From: an uncultured Fidelibacterota bacterium
GTDB taxonomy: Bacteria > Fidelibacterota > Marinisomatia > Marinisomatales > Marinisomataceae
Assembly: GCA_902624275.1 (NCBI GenBank)
Contig: CACNWW010000001.1
Span: 202,601-266,600, forward strand
DNA: 64,000 bases
Reading direction: 5' to 3'
In this document: positions 20,219 through 28,229 of the stretch, one piece after another
Layout of the letters: every line of letters starts with the position of its first letter
Numbering within the stretch: the stretch's first letter is position 1
Position numbers and translations under genes: made by a program
The notes under the pieces: model-generated
Database searches by the model: none
What the model saw: only the letters and a program-made list of their open reading frames with translations
What the model was told of the DNA's origin: nothing

Positions 20219-21082
20219 ATGAAAAGAATCATTATTATGAATTGTATTACAATTTCTCTCATTGTGATTCTGTCATACATTTCCACACCAAATAATCAAA
20301 TCCTTGCTAATCATCATTTAATAACCGGCTTTGGATCTGTCATTGTATTTATGAGTGTTTTATGGATTGTGAGTTTACTTGTCAAAGATGCAAGCATTGT
20401 TGATATTTTTTGGGGCCCTGCGTTCATAGTTCTTGGGTCTTCGCTACTTGTATCTATGGATCAAGTATACTCTGAGAGATCGTTGTTTATTCTATTCCTA
20501 GTATCATTATGGGCAATAAGACTAGCCTCACATATTGGATTTAGGAATATTGGTCATGGTGAAGATTTTAGATATGTTGAATGGAGAAAAGAAAGTGGTA
20601 AAAACTATTGGTGGCATAGTTTCATAAGAGTTTTTTTACTTCAGGGAGGTTTATGTACTTTAGTAGGTGTATCTATTTACTTTGGATATCTTAATGAAAA
20701 ACCTTTATCATTTATTGAAACTATGTTTTCGTCAACAATATTTTTTATCGGTCTAGCTTGGGAATCAATTAGTGATTTACAATTAAAAACTTTTAGAAAA
20801 GATCCTCAAAATAAAGGTAAAATTTGTAAAAGTGGATTATGGAAGTATTCAAGACATCCCAATTATTTTGGTGATCTTGTTGTATGGATAAGCATTTTTA
20901 CTTTTAGCATTTCTAGTGAAAATCCTTTATTTATTGCAGGTTCATTTTTAAGTCCATTGATTATGGGGTCAATTTTTTATTATATTACTGGCCCTATGAT
21001 GGATCAAGCAATGATGCAAAGTAGGCCAGATTATAAACAATATATGGAAACTAGTAATTCACTAATTCCAAAATTCAAATGA
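20219..21082 (+). CDS. DUF1295 / steroid 5-alpha-reductase-like membrane protein
   Basis: 287 aa polytopic protein. Signature GLWKYSRHPNYFGDLVVW. Confidence 0.6.
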   Translation: MKRIIIMNCITISLIVILSYISTPNNQILANHHLITGFGSVIVFMSVLWIVSLLVKDASIVDIFWGPAFIVLGSSLLVSMDQVYSERSLFILFLVSLWAIRLASHIGFRNIGHGEDFRYVEWRKESGKNYWWHSFIRVFLLQGGLCTLVGVSIYFGYLNEKPLSFIETMFSSTIFFIGLAWESISDLQLKTFRKDPQNKGKICKSGLWKYSRHPNYFGDLVVWISIFTFSISSENPLFIAGSFLSPLIMGSIFYYITGPMMDQAMMQSRPDYKQYMETSNSLIPKFK

Positions 21083-21095
21083 AAGAGGGGAAAAA

Positions 21096-21542
21096 ATGTA
21101 TAACAAGTTATTGTTAACACTTTCAATACTAGTATTTATAGCATGCGGTGGTGGTGCTCCACAAGAAGCCCAAGTTGTAAATATTGGATCTTTAGGTTCT
21201 GAAATGAAATATGACATTGAAGAATTCACCGTTAAAGCTGGTTCAAAGGTTCAAATTGTTTTAAAAAACAATACTCCTTTAGACTATATGGGTGAAATGC
21301 AACATAATATCGTTATCTTTAAAGACGAAGCAGCAGCTCCAGAGATTATCAAAATGGCAGAAAGTTATTTTGGTGGAGATGCACCTGAAGATAATCGAAT
21401 TCTTGCAAAATCTATTTTAATAGATAAACAAGAAGAAACAACCATTGAATTTACTGCACCAAGTAAAGCAGGAAGATATTTGTATGTATGTACATATATT
21501 GCTCATGCAGGTTCAATGCGTGGTTATATGATTGTTGAATAA
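21096..21542 (+). CDS. azurin-like type-1 copper protein (cupredoxin), lipoprotein
   Basis: 148 aa. Lipobox FIAC then GGGAP. Copper ligands in azurin spacing: MQHNIV (His), then C-x4-H-x3-M in VCTYIAHAGSM. Confidence 0.7.
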   Translation: MYNKLLLTLSILVFIACGGGAPQEAQVVNIGSLGSEMKYDIEEFTVKAGSKVQIVLKNNTPLDYMGEMQHNIVIFKDEAAAPEIIKMAESYFGGDAPEDNRILAKSILIDKQEETTIEFTAPSKAGRYLYVCTYIAHAGSMRGYMIVE

Positions 21543-21595
21543 GATTCTATCAGATTAGTTTATTTATTCAGATAAAAATTCTTTATATTTTTACT

Positions 21596-21619
21596 TATAA
21601 TAATGAGATTTAATCTCAT
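21596..21619 (+). promoter_or_regulatory. candidate -10 box (TATAAT, 21596-21601) followed by an 8-1-8 palindromic operator ATGAGATT-T-AATCTCAT (21603-21619)
   Basis: Read directly from the sequence. It lies 15 nt upstream of the Fe(3+)-transporter ATG (21635) and just before the AAGGGG RBS. TAATGA/TCATTA-like half sites are reminiscent of Fur-type boxes. Confidence 0.35.
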
Positions 21620-21634
21620 AAAGGGGAATTTTTT

Positions 21635-22699
21635 ATGAAAATTAATAAACTGCTATTGTTAGCACTTCTTTTACTTCCAATTGCTTTAATGTTTTTAATC
21701 AACGAAAGCGTTTCATTGGAGAGCAAAGATATAAAAGATGAAGTAGTCAACGTTTACACTTCGAGACATTATGATGCAGATGAATTATTGTACGATGAAT
21801 TCACCAAAGAAACTGGAATCAAAGTAAATATAATTTCTGGTAAAGGAAGTGCATTAATAGAAAGACTTAAAGCTGAAGGAATCAACTCTCCAGGTGACAT
21901 TCTTTTTACTGTAGATGCTGGTAATTTATCAAATTTTCAAAAGCAAGGGTTTTTGCAACCAATTCAATCTGAAAAGATAAAAAAAATTGTCCCTAAAGAA
22001 CTTAGAGGCGAAAATGATGAATGGGTTGCAGTTGCAAAGAGAGCAAGGGTTATCTTTTTTAATCCAGAACTTGTTTCTGAGGCAGAAATTAAAGACATTA
22101 ATTATGAAGACTTGAAAAATGATATTTGGAACGATAGGATAGTCATAAGAAGCTCGTCAAATATGTACAATCAATCTTTAGTTGCATCTCTTATATCTAA
22201 CTTGGGAATTGATGAAACTGAAAAATGGGCAAAAAAACTAGTTGAAAACTTTTCTAGAAAGCCTCAAGGAAATGATAGATCCCAAATAATGGCTGTTGCC
22301 AATAAAGAAGCATCAATTGCTATAGCAAATACTTATTACATTGGAATTATGTTATCGGGTAAAGGTGGTGAAGAGCAATTAGAAGCTGCAAAAAAAGTTA
22401 AAATAGCATTTCCAAACCAAAAAAATAGAGGAACTCATATCAATATAAGTGGGGGTGGAATTTTGAAACATGCTCCCAATAAAGAAAATGCAGAAAAGTT
22501 TTTAGAGTTTCTTTTGAGTGAAAAAGCACAATCACATATTGTCAACAATACTTTTGAGTACCCTGTTTTAGGCACAGTCAAACCACATCCTATTATTAAT
22601 AACTTTGGTGAATTTAAAATGGACAAGACATCTGTAGCTGATTTTGGTAAATTTAATCCAGATGCAGTTAAGCTTATGGACAGAGTAAATTGGCAGTAA
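21635..22699 (+). CDS. fbpA: Fe(3+) ABC transporter periplasmic substrate-binding protein (FbpA/AfuA/FutA family)
   Basis: 354 aa. VNVYTSRHYDADELLYDEFTKETGIKVN...SPGDILFTVDAGNL is the family signature. Confidence 0.85.
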   Translation: MKINKLLLLALLLLPIALMFLINESVSLESKDIKDEVVNVYTSRHYDADELLYDEFTKETGIKVNIISGKGSALIERLKAEGINSPGDILFTVDAGNLSNFQKQGFLQPIQSEKIKKIVPKELRGENDEWVAVAKRARVIFFNPELVSEAEIKDINYEDLKNDIWNDRIVIRSSSNMYNQSLVASLISNLGIDETEKWAKKLVENFSRKPQGNDRSQIMAVANKEASIAIANTYYIGIMLSGKGGEEQLEAAKKVKIAFPNQKNRGTHINISGGGILKHAPNKENAEKFLEFLLSEKAQSHIVNNTFEYPVLGTVKPHPIINNFGEFKMDKTSVADFGKFNPDAVKLMDRVNWQ

Positions 22700-22702
22700 T
22701 TC

Positions 22703-24301
22703 TTGTTTAAAAATAAAAAATTATCTTTGTGGCATTATTTTATATTTTTTATTGCCACTATTTTTTTAATTCCAATATTCATTATTGGAAGCAGCATGTT
22801 TTTGGGGTTTTCCGAAAATTTCTACCATTTATATGATAATTTATTATTTGAATACTCATTTAATTCTCTCATTTTGGTTTTAGGAGTATCATTTATTGTA
22901 ACTATTATTGGAGTAACTACAGCTTGGTTTGTTACTTTTTTTAATTTTAGTGGAAAAAAAGTTTTTCAATGGGCTCTAATCCTACCTTTGGCAGTTCCAC
23001 CATATTTACTTGCTTATGTTTTTACTGAGTTTTTTGACTACTCTGGAACAGCTAATAATTTTATGCGAGGTTTATTAAGTTCTGAATCTGATATTGTTTT
23101 TTTCCCAAATATAAGAACTATTTATGGAGCTATAGCCGTTTTTAGCTTTACTCTGTATCCATATGTTTATATGGTTGCACGAGTTGCTTTTATGAATATT
23201 TCACCATCATTAATTGAAGCTTCAAAATTATTAGGGAAAAATTCGATTTCAACATTTTTTAACCTCTTGATACCATTAATTAGACCAGCAATAATTGCAG
23301 GAATTGCTTTGGTTGCTATGGAAACATTATCAGATTTTGGAGCAGTCCAACATTTTGCAATACCTACATTTACTACAGGTATTTTTAGAACCTGGACAGG
23401 CCTTTATGACTTAAATACAGCTTTACAATTATCAACAATTCTTCTAACAGTTGTTTTCTGCTTCTTTGCCATAGAAAAAAATAGTAGAAATAAAATTAGA
23501 TATGACAATTCAACCACATTAAAAAATTTATACAAGCCAATTCAATTAAAAAAATTTCATAATGTTGCTGCCTTTCTTATTTGTTTAGTACCAGTTTTTG
23601 TAGGATTTTTTCTTCCTGTCCTTGAATTAATTAACTGGTCAAGCCAAATAGAAAATATTTTTTCATCAAAAGCAATAGTTGCAGCGTCAAATACTTTATA
23701 CGTTTCAATGATTGCTACAGTATTGATATGTCTTATTACATTGATAATTAATTTTATAGTTCGATCTTTCGGCATGTCGCAATTGATAAATGATATATTA
23801 TCACTAGGATATGCAGTTCCTGGTCTAATACTAGCCGTAGGAATTACTAAAATGTTTACTATTCTTGATTCATTACTTATAAATTTTGACACTTTTATTA
23901 CTGGAAGCATCTTAGGCTTAGTTCTTGCATACATTATTAAAACATATGCAATATCAAATAATGTTCTTAATTCAGCTTATACATCAATACCTTTATCTCT
24001 AGATGAATCAGCTAAAACTTTAGGTTCAGGAAGATTATCAATTCTTAGATCAATTCATATACCAATGCTAAAAACCGGATTATTTACTTCCTTTTTACTG
24101 GTAATGGCTGAATTAATTAAAGAATTACCAGCTACGCTAATATTAAGACCGTTCAATTTTGATACTTTAGCAGTATCTGTTTATCTTCTTGCTTCAGAAG
24201 AAAGAATGTTTGAAGCTGCATTTCCAGGGCTGATGATTATTATTTTTGGTTTAATTCCAATTTATTTTTTGAATAAGTTAATACTGAGCAAAAATGAATA
24301 G
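22703..24301 (+). CDS. fbpB: iron(III) ABC transporter permease (duplicated BPD_transp_1, FbpB-like)
   Basis: 532 aa with two permease halves, each carrying an EAA-like loop (IEASKLLGKNS; DESAKTLGSGR). TTG start. Confidence 0.8.
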   Translation: MFKNKKLSLWHYFIFFIATIFLIPIFIIGSSMFLGFSENFYHLYDNLLFEYSFNSLILVLGVSFIVTIIGVTTAWFVTFFNFSGKKVFQWALILPLAVPPYLLAYVFTEFFDYSGTANNFMRGLLSSESDIVFFPNIRTIYGAIAVFSFTLYPYVYMVARVAFMNISPSLIEASKLLGKNSISTFFNLLIPLIRPAIIAGIALVAMETLSDFGAVQHFAIPTFTTGIFRTWTGLYDLNTALQLSTILLTVVFCFFAIEKNSRNKIRYDNSTTLKNLYKPIQLKKFHNVAAFLICLVPVFVGFFLPVLELINWSSQIENIFSSKAIVAASNTLYVSMIATVLICLITLIINFIVRSFGMSQLINDILSLGYAVPGLILAVGITKMFTILDSLLINFDTFITGSILGLVLAYIIKTYAISNNVLNSAYTSIPLSLDESAKTLGSGRLSILRSIHIPMLKTGLFTSFLLVMAELIKELPATLILRPFNFDTLAVSVYLLASEERMFEAAFPGLMIIIFGLIPIYFLNKLILSKNE

Positions 24302-24965
24302 AACCAATAAATTTTTGGATATTAAAAATATTAAATTATCTTTTGATAATAAAGATCTTGAGATAATGGTATTAAGGAACCTTAGTCTTTCAGTTAAAGA
24401 GGGTGACTTTATTGCTATAACTGGAGCTTCAGGTTCTGGAAAAACAAGCCTATTGAGATCTATATGTGGATTAGAAAGTCCAAAAGAAGGTCAAATTATT
24501 CTTGATAATTCTATAATGTTTAACAAAGAAATATCAATACCAACAGAACAAAGAAATATTGGCTTAGTCATTCAAGAAAAGGTTCTTTTCCCGCACATGA
24601 ATACCAGACAAAATATTGAGTTTGGAATCTCCAAAAGAAATGATAAAAATGAACTTAGTAATGAAATTATGGAAAAACTTAAGATCCAACAATTATCTGA
24701 AAAATATCCCTACCAATTATCAGGAGGAGAATCCCAAAGGGTCGCTTTAGCTAGAAGTATAGTAATGAAACCAAAACTATTATTATTAGATGAACCATTT
24801 TCAGGATTAGATACGGAATTAAAGACTACAATATATCCTGAAATAAAATCAATTCTTAATGAGAATAAAATAACTTGCTTGATGGTAACTCACGATCTAA
24901 CAGAAGTAAAAGCTTTAGCAGATAAATTATTTAACCTAGAATCTGGTAAGCTAGTCGAAATATAG
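24294..24965 (+). CDS. fbpC: ABC transporter ATP-binding protein (FbpC-like, lacks C-terminal regulatory domain)
   Basis: 223 aa. Walker A GASGSGKTS, signature LSGGESQR, Walker B LLLLDEP. 8-nt overlap with the permease gene. Confidence 0.8.
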   Translation: MNRTNKFLDIKNIKLSFDNKDLEIMVLRNLSLSVKEGDFIAITGASGSGKTSLLRSICGLESPKEGQIILDNSIMFNKEISIPTEQRNIGLVIQEKVLFPHMNTRQNIEFGISKRNDKNELSNEIMEKLKIQQLSEKYPYQLSGGESQRVALARSIVMKPKLLLLDEPFSGLDTELKTTIYPEIKSILNENKITCLMVTHDLTEVKALADKLFNLESGKLVEI

Positions 24966-24974
24966 TTCGAATAA

Positions 24975-25610
24975 TTATAGTTCTTTAATTATATCTTTTA
25001 GTTCGGTTAAAATCATCGCTGTTGCCCCCCAACATATACATTCATTAAAATGGTAAGCAGGTACATTTATCTTAATACCTGATTTAATTATTGGCGTATG
25101 AGTAACTAAATTATTATTAGTTAATTCATCGAAACTAATTCTATAGACTTTTTCTACTTCATTATTATCAATACTTATATCAGGTTTAGTATTTGAATAC
25201 CATAAAAAAACATGAATATTAAAGTGAGATACAGGAGTATATAAGCTAGAAAGCTCTCCTAAAATTCTTAAAGTAGAAGAATCAATTCCAATTTCCTCAT
25301 ATGTCTCCCTCAATGAGGCATCCATAGCAGATTCGTTCTTTTCAATTGCGCCACCTGGTAAAGAAACCTGACCTTTGTGATGTTCAACATTTTCCGTTCT
25401 CTTTGTTAGAAAAAAAAATAATTTATTATTTTCCTGAAATACAACAATTCCGACGCTAGCTTGCTTAGCACCTTTTGGAGAGATAAATGCTTTTTCTGTA
25501 ATATTATTTATTGGAATTACAGCCATTTTTTTATGACTTTTCCATCCTGGTAGTTCCAAATTATTACCAACTCTTTCCTTTATTAATGTAATTATTTTGT
25601 CTACTTTCAT
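24975..25610 (-). CDS. Nudix hydrolase, CoA pyrophosphatase type
   Basis: Nudix box GGAIEKNESAMDASLRETYEEIGI preceded by a NuCoA-like motif FLTKRTENVEHHKGQVSLPGG. Start moved to Met8 (25610); the ORF-track start is 25631. Confidence 0.7.
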   Translation of the reverse strand: MKVDKIITLIKERVGNNLELPGWKSHKKMAVIPINNITEKAFISPKGAKQASVGIVVFQENNKLFFFLTKRTENVEHHKGQVSLPGGAIEKNESAMDASLRETYEEIGIDSSTLRILGELSSLYTPVSHFNIHVFLWYSNTKPDISIDNNEVEKVYRISFDELTNNNLVTHTPIIKSGIKINVPAYHFNECICWGATAMILTELKDIIKEL

Positions 25611-26259
25611 ACTCGTGAAATATAAGCACATAATTTGGGATTGGAATGGAACTTTGCTTAATGATTTAAGCTTATGCGTAGATCTACTGAATTTATCTTT
25701 AGAAAAAAGAAAGCTTCCCGAAATGACTGAAGAAAAATATAGAAAGAAATTTCTTTTCCCAATTAAAACTTTCTATGAGTCTATAGGATTTGATTTTTCA
25801 AAAGAGGATTTTACAATTGCTAACGACGAATTTCATCAAGGCTTTGAGCAAAATTTTAAAAAATTGGCTTTGCAACCTTATGCTCGAGACACAATTGCTC
25901 TTTTTCAGAAATTGGGAGCTACGCAAAGTATCTTATCCGCAACAGTTCAAAGTCGACTGGAACAACAAGTAGATTTTTTTGGCATTACACCTCTACTTGA
26001 TAATGTAGTTGGTATAAGCAATACGCCATCAGGTTTCGGAAAAGAATTTGAAGGAAAAGAATTATTAAAAAATACTGATATACCACTAGAACAAATAATT
26101 ATTGTTGGTGATAGCATGCTAGACTTTACTGTTTCAGCAGCACTTAACATTGATTGTGCACTACTTTCCAATGGCCATAATAATTTAGAAAGACTTCAAG
26201 CCACAGGTTCGAAAATTTTTGCTAATATTCAATCGTTTTCAAATTGGATTTTAGATTAA
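25597..26259 (+). CDS. HAD-superfamily hydrolase (phosphoglycolate-phosphatase-like), motif I variant DWNGT
   Basis: 220 aa. Motif I IIWDWNGTL (second Asp replaced by Asn), motif II SILSAT, motif IV VGDSMLD. Start uncertain (TTG 25597 or GTG 25615). Confidence 0.6.
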   Translation: MSTFILVKYKHIIWDWNGTLLNDLSLCVDLLNLSLEKRKLPEMTEEKYRKKFLFPIKTFYESIGFDFSKEDFTIANDEFHQGFEQNFKKLALQPYARDTIALFQKLGATQSILSATVQSRLEQQVDFFGITPLLDNVVGISNTPSGFGKEFEGKELLKNTDIPLEQIIIVGDSMLDFTVSAALNIDCALLSNGHNNLERLQATGSKIFANIQSFSNWILD

Positions 26260-26260
26260 C

Positions 26261-27013
26261 TTATGTAGTTATCCCACCATCAACGGTGAAGATTGACCCT
26301 GTCACAAAATCTGATGCTTCAGATGCAAGATAAAGCGCCATTCCCGATATATCATCGGGCGATCCCATTTTTCCTTGTGGAATTGATTTAACAATTTTGT
26401 TATGAGTATCTTCGTTCTCCCATAATGCTTTACTGAAATCAGTTTTAATGAGTCCAGGGGCTAATGTGTTGACATTAATATTATATTCACCAAGTTCTTT
26501 AGCTAAGACTTTTGTAAGCATTACTACAGCAGCCTTGCTTATGTTATAAACTCCTAAACCTTCGAGAGGTGTTTTAGCTGCTATGGAAGCTACATTTATA
26601 ATTTTACCAGAATTATTAGCAATCATCGTATCACTACATGCTTTTGCAAAATTAAAATAACCTTTAACATTAACATCAAAAATTTTATCCCAATGAGATT
26701 CCTCAGAATTTAAAATCGGTCCATAATAGGGATTTGCCGCTGCGTTATTTACTAAGATATCTACTCCATTAAATTTTTCTATTGTATAATCTACAACAGA
26801 TTGAATGGATTCATTATTGCTTGTATTGCATTCAATAGGAATTAATGTTAGTTCATTTAATTCTGCTTCATTAACCGCAGAGTCGAGATTTTCTTTTTTT
26901 CTGCTGCAAATAACAACATTTGCACCTGCTTGTGCAAGTTTCATAGCAATAGCTTTACCTATTCCTTTTGATCCTCCAGAAACTATTGCAGTTTTCTTGG
27001 CTAAACTGAGCAT
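26261..27013 (-). CDS. SDR-family oxidoreductase (DHRS4/FabG-like)
   Basis: 250 aa. Cofactor motif SGGSKGIGKA, NNAA, catalytic YNISKAAV. Confidence 0.75.
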   Translation of the reverse strand: MLSLAKKTAIVSGGSKGIGKAIAMKLAQAGANVVICSRKKENLDSAVNEAELNELTLIPIECNTSNNESIQSVVDYTIEKFNGVDILVNNAAANPYYGPILNSEESHWDKIFDVNVKGYFNFAKACSDTMIANNSGKIINVASIAAKTPLEGLGVYNISKAAVVMLTKVLAKELGEYNINVNTLAPGLIKTDFSKALWENEDTHNKIVKSIPQGKMGSPDDISGMALYLASEASDFVTGSIFTVDGGITT

Positions 27014-27862
27014 TTATTTTTTCTTTCTACTTTCAGCCATTGCTTTCCACATTGATTCAGGCAATTTAGTTAAATCAGAAAATTCTCCTGCTCCTGCTAT
27101 CCATTCTCCGCCATCAATGGTAACAACTTCTCCATTAATATATGCAGAACCATCACTCATTAAATAGGATGCTAGATTTTCTAATTCATGTCTTTCCCCA
27201 AAACGTTTCATGGGAATTTTATTTTTCATATCGTCTTCAAAATCGTCAAATCCTGGAGGCATTAATCTTGACCACGCTCCTTTTGTAGGAAATGGTCCTG
27301 GTGCTATTGCATTAAATCGAATATTATATTTACCCCACTCTACAGCTAATGATCTTGTCATTGCCAAAACACCTGCTTTTGCAGCAGCAGATGGCACTAC
27401 AAATGGTGATCCGGTCCAAGCATATGTGGTGACAATACTCAAAATGTTACCTTTTTTATTTTTAATCATTTCTTTACCTAGAACACTTGTGCAATTCCAT
27501 GTTCCCATAAGCACAATATCAATGACAGCTTTAAAAGCATTTTGACTAAGCATCTCAGTTGGGGAAATAAAATTACCAGCAGCATTATTTAATAATGCAT
27601 CAACCGTCCCAAACTTATCTAATGCTTGTTTGGACATATTTTCAACATCTTCGATTTTTCGTACATCTCCAGGGCAAGTTAATACATCAATATTTTGCTC
27701 TGAAAACTCGTGAGCTGCTTCCTCGAGAACTTCTTTTCTTCTTCCACTAATCACTAAATTTGCTCCAAGCTCACCAAATCTTCTTGCCATACTTTTTCCC
27801 AAACCAGAACCACCCCCGGTAACAACAATGGTTTTATTTTTTAGTAAGTTATCTTTAAACAT
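27014..27862 (-). CDS. SDR-family oxidoreductase, 2,4-dienoyl-CoA-reductase-like
   Basis: 282 aa. TGGGSGLGK, NNAAGNF, PSAAAKAG (DECR-type active-site region, from memory). Directly abuts the downstream SDR gene. Confidence 0.65.
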   Translation of the reverse strand: MFKDNLLKNKTIVVTGGGSGLGKSMARRFGELGANLVISGRRKEVLEEAAHEFSEQNIDVLTCPGDVRKIEDVENMSKQALDKFGTVDALLNNAAGNFISPTEMLSQNAFKAVIDIVLMGTWNCTSVLGKEMIKNKKGNILSIVTTYAWTGSPFVVPSAAAKAGVLAMTRSLAVEWGKYNIRFNAIAPGPFPTKGAWSRLMPPGFDDFEDDMKNKIPMKRFGERHELENLASYLMSDGSAYINGEVVTIDGGEWIAGAGEFSDLTKLPESMWKAMAESRKKK

Positions 27863-27880
27863 ATTTTGTTCTCCCCTTTA

Positions 27881-28192
27881 TTACTTTAAAGCGTCTAAAT
27901 TATTTTTTATTGTTTCTGTTTTTTCTTTGAGGGGATCCAATACAGAATCCTCAATTACATCACCTATTTTTTCTTCACTACTTTCAAGCTGTGTTTTGAT
28001 TTCATCCATACTGGGTAAAGGTTGATTTGTGAAAAGTAAATAAGCGCAGTATAAAATAAATAAAGTTATCCCAAGTGTAACAATTTTGAATAGTTTTTTT
28101 ATAACACTAAAGGTTATCATAGTAATTAAAACTATTGCTACAGCAAGATAAGCAGGATTATCCAAAATGCTATTTAACAGATTTTCTAACAT
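27881..28192 (-). CDS. small membrane protein, unknown function
   Basis: 103 aa with two hydrophobic helices and an acidic C-terminal tail. Divergent from the lptD-like gene. Confidence 0.35.
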   Translation of the reverse strand: MLENLLNSILDNPAYLAVAIVLITMITFSVIKKLFKIVTLGITLFILYCAYLLFTNQPLPSMDEIKTQLESSEEKIGDVIEDSVLDPLKEKTETIKNNLDALK

Positions 28193-28229
28193 TATATCAA
28201 TTTATACATTACATTTCTACTTTACAAAG

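Noticed and set aside
25597-25631. Head-to-head overlap of the Nudix (minus) and HAD (plus) ORF-track starts.
   Set aside because: It is most simply explained by over-extended start calls. Internal starts at 25610 (Nudix) and possibly GTG 25615 (HAD) remove or reduce the overlap.
26805-27545. Long antisense ORFs opposite the two SDR genes (26805-27167, 120 aa; 27210-27545, 111 aa). Similar >100-aa antisense ORFs occur at 23557-23934 (fbpB), 16559-16879 (RND), 42024-42344 (ggt) and 61807-62133 (ligA).
   Set aside because: Each lies entirely inside a well-supported conserved gene on the other strand. They have low-complexity, motif-free translations and no RBS or promoter context. Shadow ORFs of this kind arise when the sense gene locally avoids TTA/CTA/TCA codons. 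Nothing in the sequence indicates real overlapping genes.
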